Source: Deltaproteobacteria bacterium (lineage in GTDB: Bacteria; Desulfobacterota; Syntrophia; Syntrophales; JAFGHS01). Taken from it: a stretch of 64,000 bases of DNA. Both the position numbers and the translations under genes were made by a program. The notes beneath the pieces were generated by a model. The model had not been told where the DNA came from. It was given only the letters and a program-made list of their open reading frames with translations, and ran no database searches. The stretch is from positions 676 through 64,675 of the forward strand of contig JAFGHS010000140.1 in NCBI GenBank assembly GCA_016930075.1, given 5' to 3'. Below, piece after piece: positions 55,103 through 63,705 of the stretch (its first letter is position 1; each line of letters opens with the position of its first letter).

Positions 55103-55399
55103 TTACTCCTTTTTTCCCTTTTTTCTGCTTTTTTTATGCCTTGCAAAAGACCTATTGACCAGACCTTCTTTGTCATAGGTGGACCAGAACGCCGCATCGG
55201 GCCTGCCGTCATCGATTTTCAATTCCATCTGCGCCGCCAGGTCCTTGACGGCCGGTCTCAGGACATTCTGAATGCATTCCGGAAGGTGACGCCCATTTAC
55301 CAGATGATTCTGAATACAGAGGACACAGTTGCCGCGGATAGGACATTCCTGCTGAGTACACGGACAATGCTGGTTCAGCGATATGCCATAATCTTTCAT
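55103..55399 (-). CDS. small Cys-rich protein (C-x-C...C...G-x-C-x2-C...H...LP-x-C pattern; DUF6485-like, number from memory)
   Basis: 98 aa from ATG 55399 (alternative TTG 55423 overlapping the recX stop). CPCTQQECPIRGNCVLCIQNHLVNGRHLPEC, with a K-rich tail. Confidence 0.6.
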   Translation of the reverse strand: MKDYGISLNQHCPCTQQECPIRGNCVLCIQNHLVNGRHLPECIQNVLRPAVKDLAAQMELKIDDGRPDAAFWSTYDKEGLVNRSFARHKKSRKKGKKE

Positions 55400-55419
55400 T
55401 TCGTACGCCACACCTTTTT

Positions 55420-55890
55420 TCAAAGATCCTTCAATCTCTCAAAGATAACATCTGCGGGAAAACCCCTGCCAACGAGCCATTGGTACAAACGGTGTTTCTC
55501 CCGGATATCTGTTTCTGTGCTTTTCCTGCGGCCGATTTTTTTTTGGATCAGTTTTTCCACAGCCGCCTTTTCGCTCAACTCCAAACGCGCTTCTTCTATG
55601 GCCCGGTCAATCGCCCCAGGAAGGATGCCCTTTTCCCGGAGACTGATTTCTATCCGCCGGTTTCCATACAATCTGTTTACGGCAAGGTTTCTTGCCCATT
55701 GTCCGGCAAAGGCGCCGTCGTCGAGATACTGTAGCTCGGCAAGTTTTTCTATGACTTGATGGATGACCTGTTCGGGAATCCCTTTTTCCCGCAGCTTATC
55801 GCGCAACTCTTTTTCGCTCCGCGCCCGGAGGGCAAGGAAGCGATAGGCTTTGTTCAAGGCTTTACCGACAGCCTCATCCGCCTCCGTCAT
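55420..55890 (-). CDS. recX: recombination regulator RecX
   Basis: 156 aa of repeated helical RecX modules, immediately downstream of recA. Confidence 0.9.
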   Translation of the reverse strand: MTEADEAVGKALNKAYRFLALRARSEKELRDKLREKGIPEQVIHQVIEKLAELQYLDDGAFAGQWARNLAVNRLYGNRRIEISLREKGILPGAIDRAIEEARLELSEKAAVEKLIQKKIGRRKSTETDIREKHRLYQWLVGRGFPADVIFERLKDL

Positions 55891-55892
55891 GG

Positions 55893-56909
55893 CTACTCTT
55901 CCTGCTTTCCCTTTTTAACCCCCAGCTTTTCCCGCACCTCTCCTTCGACCTGATTGAGAATGTCAGGATTTTCCTTCAGAAACGCCTTCGTGTTGTCCCG
56001 GCCCTGGCCGAGCCGGTCGCCCTTGTAGGAATACCAGGCGCCGCTCTTTTCGATGATGCCCCTGTCTGCCGCCAGATCAAGGATGTCGCCTTCTCTGGAG
56101 ATGCCTTCACCGAAGATGATGTCGAATTCCGTTTCCCGGAAGGGCGGAGCCACCTTGTTTTTGACGACCTTGACCCTTGTTCTCATACCGATGGTTTCCT
56201 GACCCTGCTTGAGGGCCGTCGTTTTCCGGATGTCGAGGCGCAGGGAAGAGTAGAATTTCAGGGCCTGGCCGCCCGTCGTTGTTTCCGGATTGCCGAAAAA
56301 GACGCCGATCTTCATGCGCAACTGGTTAATGAAGATGACCGTCGTATTGGATTTACTGATGCTGCCTGTGAGCTTGCGCAATGCCTGCGACATGAGACGG
56401 GCCTGGAGGCCCATCTGGGCATCTCCCATTTCTCCTTCCAGTTCCGCCTTGGGTACAAGGGCGGCGACAGAATCGACGACGAGGACGTCAAGGGCGCCGC
56501 TGCGGACGAGGGTTTCGGCGATCTCCAGGGCCTGTTCTCCTGAGTCGGGTTGTGAAATGAGCAGGTCGTCGGTGTTCACGCCGATGTTCCGCGCATATCC
56601 GACGTCGAGGGCGTGTTCGGCATCGATGAAGGCTGCCAGGCCGCCCGTTTTCTGCGCTTCAGCGACGATATGAAGGGCCAGGGTCGTTTTACCGCCCGAT
56701 TCGGGACCGAAGATCTCTACGATCCTGCCACGGGGAACACCGCCCGTGCCGAGGGCGATGTCGAGGCTGAGAGAGCCTGTTGATATGACTGCGACATCGG
56801 GAAGCTTCTCGCCGCCGCCCAGCCGCATGATGGAACCCTTTCCGAATTGCCGTTCGATTTGCGTTATCGCCAAATCCACTGCCTTTTCCCTATCCATCTC
56901 CGCCGCCAT
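55893..56909 (-). CDS. recA: recombinase RecA
   Basis: 338 aa with Walker [10 protein letters not shown] and canonical RecA sequence throughout. Confidence 0.98.
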   Translation of the reverse strand: MAAEMDREKAVDLAITQIERQFGKGSIMRLGGGEKLPDVAVISTGSLSLDIALGTGGVPRGRIVEIFGPESGGKTTLALHIVAEAQKTGGLAAFIDAEHALDVGYARNIGVNTDDLLISQPDSGEQALEIAETLVRSGALDVLVVDSVAALVPKAELEGEMGDAQMGLQARLMSQALRKLTGSISKSNTTVIFINQLRMKIGVFFGNPETTTGGQALKFYSSLRLDIRKTTALKQGQETIGMRTRVKVVKNKVAPPFRETEFDIIFGEGISREGDILDLAADRGIIEKSGAWYSYKGDRLGQGRDNTKAFLKENPDILNQVEGEVREKLGVKKGKQEE

Positions 56910-56957
56910 AGTGACCTCCTCCTAAATCATTTATATTGATTGGTTCTTCCCTTTTTT

Positions 56958-56988
56958 ACGCCATACCGGCAAAAGCCGGTATCGAAAA
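56958..56988. repeat. solo copy of the 29-nt hairpin unit
   Basis: ACGCCATACCGGCAAAAGCCGGTATCGAAAA. Confidence 0.5.
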
Positions 56989-57079
56989 TACAAATGTCCT
57001 TAAAAATCTGGACACTGGTTCTCACTGGTGTGACAACAAGTTTTATATCTATTGTCCTTTAATCTTTATCTTTCCCACA

Positions 57080-57460
57080 CGTCATACCGGCGAAAGCCGG
57101 TATCCAGGAAATATAAATACTTACAACTTATATCATCGTATTATACAAATCCTGCCAATCAGGATTAACGGCTTCTATCAATTCGAGTTTCCGTGCTCTC
57201 TTCCATTCTTTCAGATTCTTTTCCCGTTCGATGGCGGATTGCATATTTTCATGCACTTCATACCAAACCAGATGATGTACGCAATAGCGTTTTGCAAATC
57301 CATCTACCAGATCGTTTTTGTGCTCCCATACCCGTTTTACGAGATCGGATGTCATACCAATGTATAGAGTGCCGTTGAGATTACTTGCCATAATATATAC
57401 GGCAGGGTTTTTGTCGAGCATTTATTTTTCCCCTGGATTCCGGCTTTCGCCGGAATGACG
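57080..57460 (-). mobile_element. putative small mobile cassette: GIY-YIG gene bracketed by inverted 29-nt hairpin units
   Basis: CGTCATACCGGCGAAAGCCGGTATCCAGG (57080-57108) and CCTGGATTCCGGCTTTCGCCGGAATGACG (57432-57460) are inverted copies lying 19 and 10 nt from the CDS ends. They interrupt the thpR-recA run. Confidence 0.4.
57128..57421 (-). CDS. GIY-YIG (URI domain, UPF0213/COG2827-like) nuclease family protein
   Basis: 97 aa; AVYIMASNLNGTLYIGMTSDLVKRVWEHKN... has the GIY...YIG spacing plus a conserved R/E and a C-terminal ...REKNLKEWKR. Confidence 0.85.
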   Translation of the reverse strand: MLDKNPAVYIMASNLNGTLYIGMTSDLVKRVWEHKNDLVDGFAKRYCVHHLVWYEVHENMQSAIEREKNLKEWKRARKLELIEAVNPDWQDLYNTMI

Positions 57461-57552
57461 ACCTTGATGGCACTTTTTAGTGTGATAAGACCGTTTCCCA
57501 ACTAGAATAACTGCAATTTTTCATGCTTCGTCGTGCCTCGCAGGCATGAGCG

Positions 57553-58134
57553 TTAGAAAGGAAAAACCTTCAGCTTTGTATACACCGCCCCGTCCGGTTT
57601 GAGATCGCTTTTGAAGAGAATGAGTTCTGATGCCTGAAATTCCCCGGCAGCGGCATTGCCTTCTTCGATAACCTTTCCGAGGCCGGCCATTCCCTGAGGC
57701 GACTTCACCCTCCCCAGCGTCAGATGGGGGCTGAAAGCACGGTCTTCCTTATCAAACCCGCATATCTGAAGACCCGCGTCGATTTTCTTCTGCAAGGCAA
57801 CCAGCCGCCCTACGTCGCCGGTGATGCCCAGCCAGATCACCCGCGGCCTGCCGGCATTGGGGAAAACCCCGATTTTTTGCACCTGCAAAGACAGGGAACT
57901 CAGGCCCCGCACCTGTTCATGAACCACGCCGCCGATGGTTTCCACAGCGTTCATGGGAATATCGCCGAAAAATTTCAGGGTAAGGTGGATGCCTTCGGGC
58001 CTTACCCAGCGGACGGCGCTGCCGAACTGCTTCTTCAGCCGGTTCTGTATGGCGGCGATGCCCCGCCTCACCTCTTCCGGCGGGTCGCAGGCGAGAAACG
58101 CGCGGACCGTCGCCGATTTGCTTGCCTCATTCAT
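57553..58134 (-). CDS. thpR: RNA 2',3'-cyclic phosphodiesterase (2H family, LigT/ThpR)
   Basis: 193 aa with two H-x-T-x motifs (HLTLKF, HLTLGR). Confidence 0.88.
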   Translation of the reverse strand: MNEASKSATVRAFLACDPPEEVRRGIAAIQNRLKKQFGSAVRWVRPEGIHLTLKFFGDIPMNAVETIGGVVHEQVRGLSSLSLQVQKIGVFPNAGRPRVIWLGITGDVGRLVALQKKIDAGLQICGFDKEDRAFSPHLTLGRVKSPQGMAGLGKVIEEGNAAAGEFQASELILFKSDLKPDGAVYTKLKVFPF

Positions 58135-59383
58135 CCGTCAACTCACCCGTGAGATACCGTTTGAGCATCAGAAGCAGGGCCTGGGTCGTGATCATTTTGA
58201 TCCGCCGCCGGTCCCAGCGGTACCCATATTGGCGGCAGTAGGTTTTGTCTTTGTCCGCAAGGGCTATAAAGACCGTTCCGACGGGTTTCTTCTCCGTGCC
58301 GCCTGTGGGGCCCGCGATCCCCGTTGTCGAAATGCCGATGTCCGTCTTTCCCAGTTTCCGCACCCCTTCCGCCATGAGGCGGGCCGTCTCGGCGCTCACA
58401 GCCCCGAATTCATTGATGATCTCTGCGGGAACGCCGAGGAGGTCCGTTTTGGACGCATTGCTGTATGTGACAACGCCGCGTTCCAGGTAAACCGAACTGC
58501 CCGGAATGTCCGTCAAGCGGTCTGTTAGAAATCCTCCCGTCAACGATTCGGCGACAGCAAGGGTCCGCTTCTTTTCCGTAAGCAGAGCAGCGCAGACCCC
58601 TTCGAGGGTGTCCTGGTCGTAGCCGAAGATATGGTCTTTGAGCCGGGAAACAACCTGGTCTTCGGCTTGTTTGAGGTTTTTCTTCGCCTTCGCTTCATCC
58701 GCATCGCGGATGGTCAAAACCACCTGGATTTCCGGAAAGTTCGGGTAGAAGCCGATGCCGACGCCGAGGCTTGCCAGGTCAATGTCGGCTACCTTTTGAT
58801 CAACGGCCGCTTCGGCAAGACCGAAAGTTTTAATAATACGCCGCTCCAGATGATGCGGCTCTTCCGGGAAGGCCTTAATCAGAACGGGGATGACGCCTTC
58901 TGTCAGCATCCGCCGGGCCTCCATAGGGACGCCGGGAATGACGGTGATCAGTTTGTCGCCGACTTTCAGGGCAAATCCCGCTGCCGTTCCGGCGGGATTG
59001 GGAATCACCTCCGCTCCTTCCGGGAATTCGGCCTGCTTGGCATTATTGTTTGTCCAGTTGAGCTTTGCCCGTTCGAAGCGCTCTTTGATGTGATTGAGGG
59101 TTGCCTCATCCGTAAAAAGCTTTCGGTTATAGGCCCGTGCGATAGCTGCGGTGGTGATGTCGTCCACCGTCGGACCCAGACCGCCCGTTACGATCACGGC
59201 ATCAGCGCGGGAAAGGATGTAGTCGAGGCCGTCCTTGATGGCCTCATCATCATCGCCGACGGACAGGGTTCCCGCCATCTGCCAGCCCCGCTGCACCAGT
59301 TCGCGGGCAATGTAGGACGAGTTCGTGTCCTGCGTCTTGCCGCTCGTCAATTCGTTGCCGATGGTTAGTATGCCGACTTTCAT
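58127..59383 (-). CDS. cinA: CinA family protein (MoCF-binding domain + nicotinamide-nucleotide amidohydrolase PncC domain)
   Basis: 418 aa; MKVGILTIGNELTSGKTQDTNS... and a C-terminal ...AVAESLTGG...ISTTGIAGP. Confidence 0.92.
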   Translation of the reverse strand: MKVGILTIGNELTSGKTQDTNSSYIARELVQRGWQMAGTLSVGDDDEAIKDGLDYILSRADAVIVTGGLGPTVDDITTAAIARAYNRKLFTDEATLNHIKERFERAKLNWTNNNAKQAEFPEGAEVIPNPAGTAAGFALKVGDKLITVIPGVPMEARRMLTEGVIPVLIKAFPEEPHHLERRIIKTFGLAEAAVDQKVADIDLASLGVGIGFYPNFPEIQVVLTIRDADEAKAKKNLKQAEDQVVSRLKDHIFGYDQDTLEGVCAALLTEKKRTLAVAESLTGGFLTDRLTDIPGSSVYLERGVVTYSNASKTDLLGVPAEIINEFGAVSAETARLMAEGVRKLGKTDIGISTTGIAGPTGGTEKKPVGTVFIALADKDKTYCRQYGYRWDRRRIKMITTQALLLMLKRYLTGELTDE

Positions 59384-59411
59384 TTTCTTAAATCCTCAGG
59401 GTGGAAAAATC

Positions 59412-59813
59412 TCAGATATTAAACAGCTTGATCGCGATCAGAAGCAGGATATTGCCGTAAACGCCCGCTGCCCAGTCATCCGCCACAACGCCGTAACCGC
59501 CAGGGAGTTTTCTCTGAAAGTAATCGGCGGGAAAGATTTTCACAATGTCGAAAAACCGAAAAAGTAAAAAGCCTATGGCGCAATGCAAGACCGTCGGCGT
59601 GATCAAAAACATGGTCCACAAAAAGCCTGCGATCTCGTCGATAACGATGGGCTGCGCATCTTTTTGCCCGTAAATTTTCTCCGCTTCCTGGGAGACGTAA
59701 ACAGCCAGGAAGGTAAACGCCAGCACTGTCATGAGATATAGCGGCCAGGCAAGCGGTGCAATCAGCAGATATACCGGCACGGCGATGGCCGTCCCCGCCG
59801 TCCCCGGCGCCAC
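59412..59813 (-). CDS. pgpA: phosphatidylglycerophosphatase A
   Basis: PgpA pattern APGTAGTA...VIDEIAG...FRFFDI(V)KI(F)P. The conserved N-terminal ILATGFGSGLCP motif lies in frame upstream of this GTG, so the true start is probably further 5' (possibly CTG 59870). Confidence 0.8.
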   Translation of the reverse strand: MAPGTAGTAIAVPVYLLIAPLAWPLYLMTVLAFTFLAVYVSQEAEKIYGQKDAQPIVIDEIAGFLWTMFLITPTVLHCAIGFLLFRFFDIVKIFPADYFQRKLPGGYGVVADDWAAGVYGNILLLIAIKLFNI

Positions 59814-59969
59814 CGGGCAAAGGCCGCTGCCGAAACCCGTTGCCAGAATCTTGATGAATTTTTCGTTCAGGGAACACCTCTTTTTCGCAGGCGGGCGTCT
59901 TTGTACGTGGAACGTTACCTATCCTTTTTCCTGAGGTCTGTCAAGGATTTGGTAAGTCATTACATTGGT

Positions 59970-61205
59970 CTAACTTTTTTGCTGCCGGATCATCTCCATG
60001 AAGGCATCGATGCGGGTTTCGATCTGGCTTTCAGAAAAGTGGCGTTCGTCCACCATATCGGCTTCGATGATGAGGGTCGGGATGTCTCTTTTTTCCCGCA
60101 CAAATCTCTGGATGTCGTACTGGCCGAAAGAGTAGGGCTTGCAGCTCCGGTTCGAATGCATGACCATGCCGTCGGCGCTGTATTTATCGACGAGTTTGAC
60201 CACCTGTCCGGCCATTTCGTCCACGCCGATGTTAAGATAGATGCGTGTGTAGCCCGCGGGCATGCTTGCCAGAAAATTGTTTTCATCCAGGTGCTTGAGA
60301 GAACCGCACCAGGCGGATGTGTAGGTGTCGGCTACGAGGCAGGCGTCGTGGGCGGCAAAGGTCTCGGAGAGCCATTTCATCCGGTACCAGATGGGGATAT
60401 TGTCCCATAAGAGCCGGTAGCGCTCACGCGGTACGGCGCCGATCCCCTGGGCGATGCGGTCCTTCATTTCCGCAAGCATCAGGGTGTAGTAGTCGATGGC
60501 CTGCTGCGTGCCCCGGAGCGTGACGATGAGGGCCATGTGGATGAAGGCGTCGATGGCGGAAAGGGGCGCCGGCCTGTGAATTGCCGTGTCGAGGACGTCC
60601 TGCCAGAGGCGCTGTCCCGCAACGGACAGACGGCCCACCTCTTCCAAACGGTCATAGTCGAATTTTTTGCCGCATTCATGCTCCAGAAAAGCAATGTATT
60701 CGCCGATCTGCCGTTTGACGTATTTTTCCACTTCTTCCGAATAACCGGTATGGCAGAAGGGCGTATCGAAGATGAACAGGGGACAGTTGTAATAGCGCGC
60801 CTGGATTTCATACCACTTGAGGACGGTGCCGCAGATGTTGTTGCCGCAGATGAGCATGTCCGGCCTGGGGAGCCCGCCGATGGGTCCGCCGTTTACGGGA
60901 GAGCAGGCGATGTCCGACCGGGCGTAGGAGCAAAGATCGATGGAATACCCCATCTCCTCTGCCTTTTCGCACAGATCGACGCCCATCTTGCTCGCCCCGA
61001 TCATGGCGCCGTGGTTCTCCGGGTAGACCGGGATGATGTCCATGACGACAAGGGGCTCGACGGGTCCGCCGCTCGTGATCCAGGCCACTTTTTTGCCCGC
61101 ATCGGCGGCCGTCTTGGCCTCCATGTAGTAATTCGTCATGATCTCCTGCATCCTGGCCGTCGATTTGATTTTCCGCTTTTCCTTTTCCGGGTCTTTTTCG
61201 GTCAT
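59970..61205 (-). CDS. 2-hydroxyacyl-CoA dehydratase family protein (HgdA/BcrB/DCCP-like)
   Basis: 411 aa of the HGD-D family pattern (VAWITSGGPVEP, LCSYARSD, NICGTVLKWYE, HSNRSCKPYS). Confidence 0.85.
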   Translation of the reverse strand: MTEKDPEKEKRKIKSTARMQEIMTNYYMEAKTAADAGKKVAWITSGGPVEPLVVMDIIPVYPENHGAMIGASKMGVDLCEKAEEMGYSIDLCSYARSDIACSPVNGGPIGGLPRPDMLICGNNICGTVLKWYEIQARYYNCPLFIFDTPFCHTGYSEEVEKYVKRQIGEYIAFLEHECGKKFDYDRLEEVGRLSVAGQRLWQDVLDTAIHRPAPLSAIDAFIHMALIVTLRGTQQAIDYYTLMLAEMKDRIAQGIGAVPRERYRLLWDNIPIWYRMKWLSETFAAHDACLVADTYTSAWCGSLKHLDENNFLASMPAGYTRIYLNIGVDEMAGQVVKLVDKYSADGMVMHSNRSCKPYSFGQYDIQRFVREKRDIPTLIIEADMVDERHFSESQIETRIDAFMEMIRQQKS

Positions 61206-61214
61206 GATTTTTCC

Positions 61215-62336
61215 TTACAGCATTTCAATAAAGGCCTCGAAGCGTGTTTTCAACTGCCCCAGGGCAGGAAGCTGGTCGCTCACTTCGATCAACAGGTTCG
61301 GAAGGCCTTCCCGGTCCAGGGCCGCTTTGAGGTACGGATAATCGAAGGCGTGGGGGTCGCAATATTTCAAAAGGACAAAGACCACACCGTCGGCCTTCTT
61401 TTGCCGGGCAAGAGACACAAGATGGTCGGCCCGGTCCGTCAGGCCGCTGTGTTTGGCCGGGCAGGCGACGCGCCGGATATACCGGTCCGTGATGGCGGCC
61501 AGGGGTTCGGCGGTTTCGTCGATGAGGCCGTCGAAGTATCGGGCGCCGGAGCAGAAATCATCCCAGACGACATGCCCTCCGGCCTCCTCGATGATGGGGT
61601 AGATGTCCGGGTGTTCGCAGACGCTGCCGGCCAAAAGGAGCCGCTTGCCCTTCCCCGCCGGCTTTCCTGCAGGTCGCCCGTTAAAAAGCTCGATCAGTTG
61701 CGGCAGATCAGCCAGAAGATCGTCCCGGTCCATGATCATGGAGGCCCGCATAATCGTGAAGAGTTCGTGACCCGTCGGTGCGGCGGGATTTTTCTCGTGG
61801 AGTTCGTAGAGCTTCTTCAACAGGATTTTGATCTGATTCGTCTTTTTGATGGCCTGCCTGAGGTCTGCATCGAAGATGGGGCTTCCCAGATGTTTTACAA
61901 GATCAGCTTTTAACTGTTTCAAGGCGTCCGTATAGTAATCACGCGCGCTTGCCGTGTCCAGTTTCACCGGCAGGACAATGTCGCAATGGAAAGGGATTGC
62001 AACGTTGATGCGCCAGATGTCGGAAAGACGCTGGATGGAATCGCACGTATGGGGAAAGATGGTCCCGGCCAGGAAGCTGAGATTGCCGTTGAGGGCATCC
62101 TCAAGGGTGCTTCTGACGACGGCGCAGCTATAGGTTTGAATGTGCTCGTCCGCAAGGCGGATATTGCGGCTGCTCCCGAACAGGCGGAAGGGATGCGTGC
62201 CCGCCGCTAAAATGAGTTCTTCCGGCGTGTAAGAACAGAAATATCCGATAATCGGTTTTGGGCTTTCCGCATGGCATCGCCAGCCGTAAGCCAAGGGATC
62301 ATCGACGATTTTTGTATAAGTCTCAAGATTTATCAT
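61215..62336 (-). CDS. 2-hydroxyacyl-CoA dehydratase family protein (HgdB/BcrC-like)
   Basis: 373 aa (IGYFCSYTPEELILAAG, FPHTCDS, LLKYCDPHAFDYP). Confidence 0.85.
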   Translation of the reverse strand: MINLETYTKIVDDPLAYGWRCHAESPKPIIGYFCSYTPEELILAAGTHPFRLFGSSRNIRLADEHIQTYSCAVVRSTLEDALNGNLSFLAGTIFPHTCDSIQRLSDIWRINVAIPFHCDIVLPVKLDTASARDYYTDALKQLKADLVKHLGSPIFDADLRQAIKKTNQIKILLKKLYELHEKNPAAPTGHELFTIMRASMIMDRDDLLADLPQLIELFNGRPAGKPAGKGKRLLLAGSVCEHPDIYPIIEEAGGHVVWDDFCSGARYFDGLIDETAEPLAAITDRYIRRVACPAKHSGLTDRADHLVSLARQKKADGVVFVLLKYCDPHAFDYPYLKAALDREGLPNLLIEVSDQLPALGQLKTRFEAFIEML

Positions 62337-62489
62337 GGCATGTCCTTAAACGGGTTTTCTCATGGTCGCATAGCTTTGATTGTTTCATGATAAGGTCGTT
62401 ATTTACCTGCTTAATGCAATAATAGGCGCTGACAGATTTGAAGTCAATGAAAATTAAACCGAGTAATTATAAGTATTATCAACATATAT

Positions 62490-62518
62490 TTGACTAAGGC
62501 ATTGGTTCGTCATATACT
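62490..62518 (+). promoter_or_regulatory. candidate sigma70-type promoter of FKBP gene
   Basis: TTGACT (62490-62495), 17-nt spacer, TATACT (62513-62518). Confidence 0.4.
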
Positions 62519-62560
62519 CCGCTCCGCAAATGGAAAAAATAATTTTTGAAAGGATTTTTT

Positions 62561-63247
62561 ATGCGCAAACTCTTTATTGCCCTGCTTATCGTGGGGATCA
62601 TGCCGGCCATATCGGCATGCACCAAATCGGAACCCAAAACGGACGACCAAAAGGCTCTGTATGCCATAGGCGCCATGATGTCCAAACAGATGCAGATTTT
62701 GTCTCTTACGCCGGAAGAACTTGAATTTGTAAAAAGAGGCCTTACCGACTCGGTTACGGGGAAGAAATTGATTGTTGAACCGGAGGCTTATCAACAGAAA
62801 GTGACGGAGTTCGCTCAGGCGCGCATCAAAGCAACGACGGAGAAGCAAACGGCAAAATCAAAGGCCTATCTGGAAGGCGCCGCCAAGGAAAAAGACGCCC
62901 AGAAAACGGAATCCGGCCTGGTTTATATTCCGGTCAAAGAGGGGACGGGCAAACAGCCTCAGGAGACGGACCGTGTCAAGGTACATTACGAGGGCAAATT
63001 AATTGACGGAACCGTTTTCGACAGTTCCGTCAAGCGCGGGCAGCCGGCGGAATTTCCGCTTAACGGGGTTATCAAATGCTGGGGCGAAGGCTTAACGAAA
63101 ATGAAAGTCGGCGGCAAGGCCAAGATCATCTGTCCGGCGGAGCTTGCCTATGGCGAGCAGGGGCGGCCTCCCATTATTCCGGGCGGCTCGGCCCTGATAT
63201 TTGATGTCGAACTTCTCGATATCGTGAATCCTCCGGCAAATAAATAG
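62561..63247 (+). CDS. FKBP-type peptidyl-prolyl cis-trans isomerase lipoprotein (FkpA/FklB-like)
   Basis: Lipobox AISAC|T, N-terminal dimerisation helices, and a C-terminal FKBP domain (VHYEGKLIDGTVFDSS...LIFDVELL). Confidence 0.9.
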   Translation: MRKLFIALLIVGIMPAISACTKSEPKTDDQKALYAIGAMMSKQMQILSLTPEELEFVKRGLTDSVTGKKLIVEPEAYQQKVTEFAQARIKATTEKQTAKSKAYLEGAAKEKDAQKTESGLVYIPVKEGTGKQPQETDRVKVHYEGKLIDGTVFDSSVKRGQPAEFPLNGVIKCWGEGLTKMKVGGKAKIICPAELAYGEQGRPPIIPGGSALIFDVELLDIVNPPANK

Positions 63248-63267
63248 AGTTTCTTTAAACAACAAAC

Positions 63268-63699
63268 ATGCCGATGAAAAATATTGTCTTTAAAGACCGA
63301 ATCGATGCCATGGATTTCAAGAAAGTTACGGAAATGCTTTCCCATGCTTTTTGGAGTCCCGGCATCGGCATGGCGGAAATCAAAAAGGGCGCCGTCAATT
63401 CATCCCTTGTTGTCGGCGCCTTTTTACCGAATCATACACAAATCGGCTATGCCAGAGTCATTTCCGACAAAACAAGATTTGCTTACATCCTCGATGTCTA
63501 TGTCGATGAAAACTTTCGGAAGCAAGGCGTCGGCCAGGGCATGATAAACTATATTCTGACACATGACGCATTGAAAGATGTTTATCAATGGCTCCTTATT
63601 ACGAAAGACGCCCACGGCGTTTACGGCAAATCGGGCTTCAAAGTCGTTTCCCGCCCGCTGGACTGGATGGAGATCAGAAAAGAAAGACCTGTCCGCTGA
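63268..63699 (+). CDS. GNAT family N-acetyltransferase
   Basis: 143 aa with acetyl-CoA motif A (VDENFRKQGVGQGMI). Confidence 0.85.
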   Translation: MPMKNIVFKDRIDAMDFKKVTEMLSHAFWSPGIGMAEIKKGAVNSSLVVGAFLPNHTQIGYARVISDKTRFAYILDVYVDENFRKQGVGQGMINYILTHDALKDVYQWLLITKDAHGVYGKSGFKVVSRPLDWMEIRKERPVR

Positions 63700-63705
63700 C
63701 CGGCA

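Noticed and set aside
57013-57034. GGTTCTCACTGGTGTGAC and CACTGGT direct repeat upstream of recA, resembling the Geobacter-type LexA box GGTT-N2-C-N4-G-N3-ACC
   Set aside because: The 3' half does not match (GAC instead of ACC). From memory, recA is not LexA-controlled in Geobacter. The site also lies among repeat units. Insufficient evidence.
59476-59877. 133-aa alternative-frame ORF covering pgpA
   Set aside because: R/G-rich nonsense sequence in the +1 frame of a gene whose PgpA frame is clearly conserved. Kept only as a possible clue to the start-codon problem.
60537-61913. 458-aa ORF on the plus strand
   Set aside because: Antisense to both 2-hydroxyacyl-CoA dehydratase-like genes. An artefact of codon composition.
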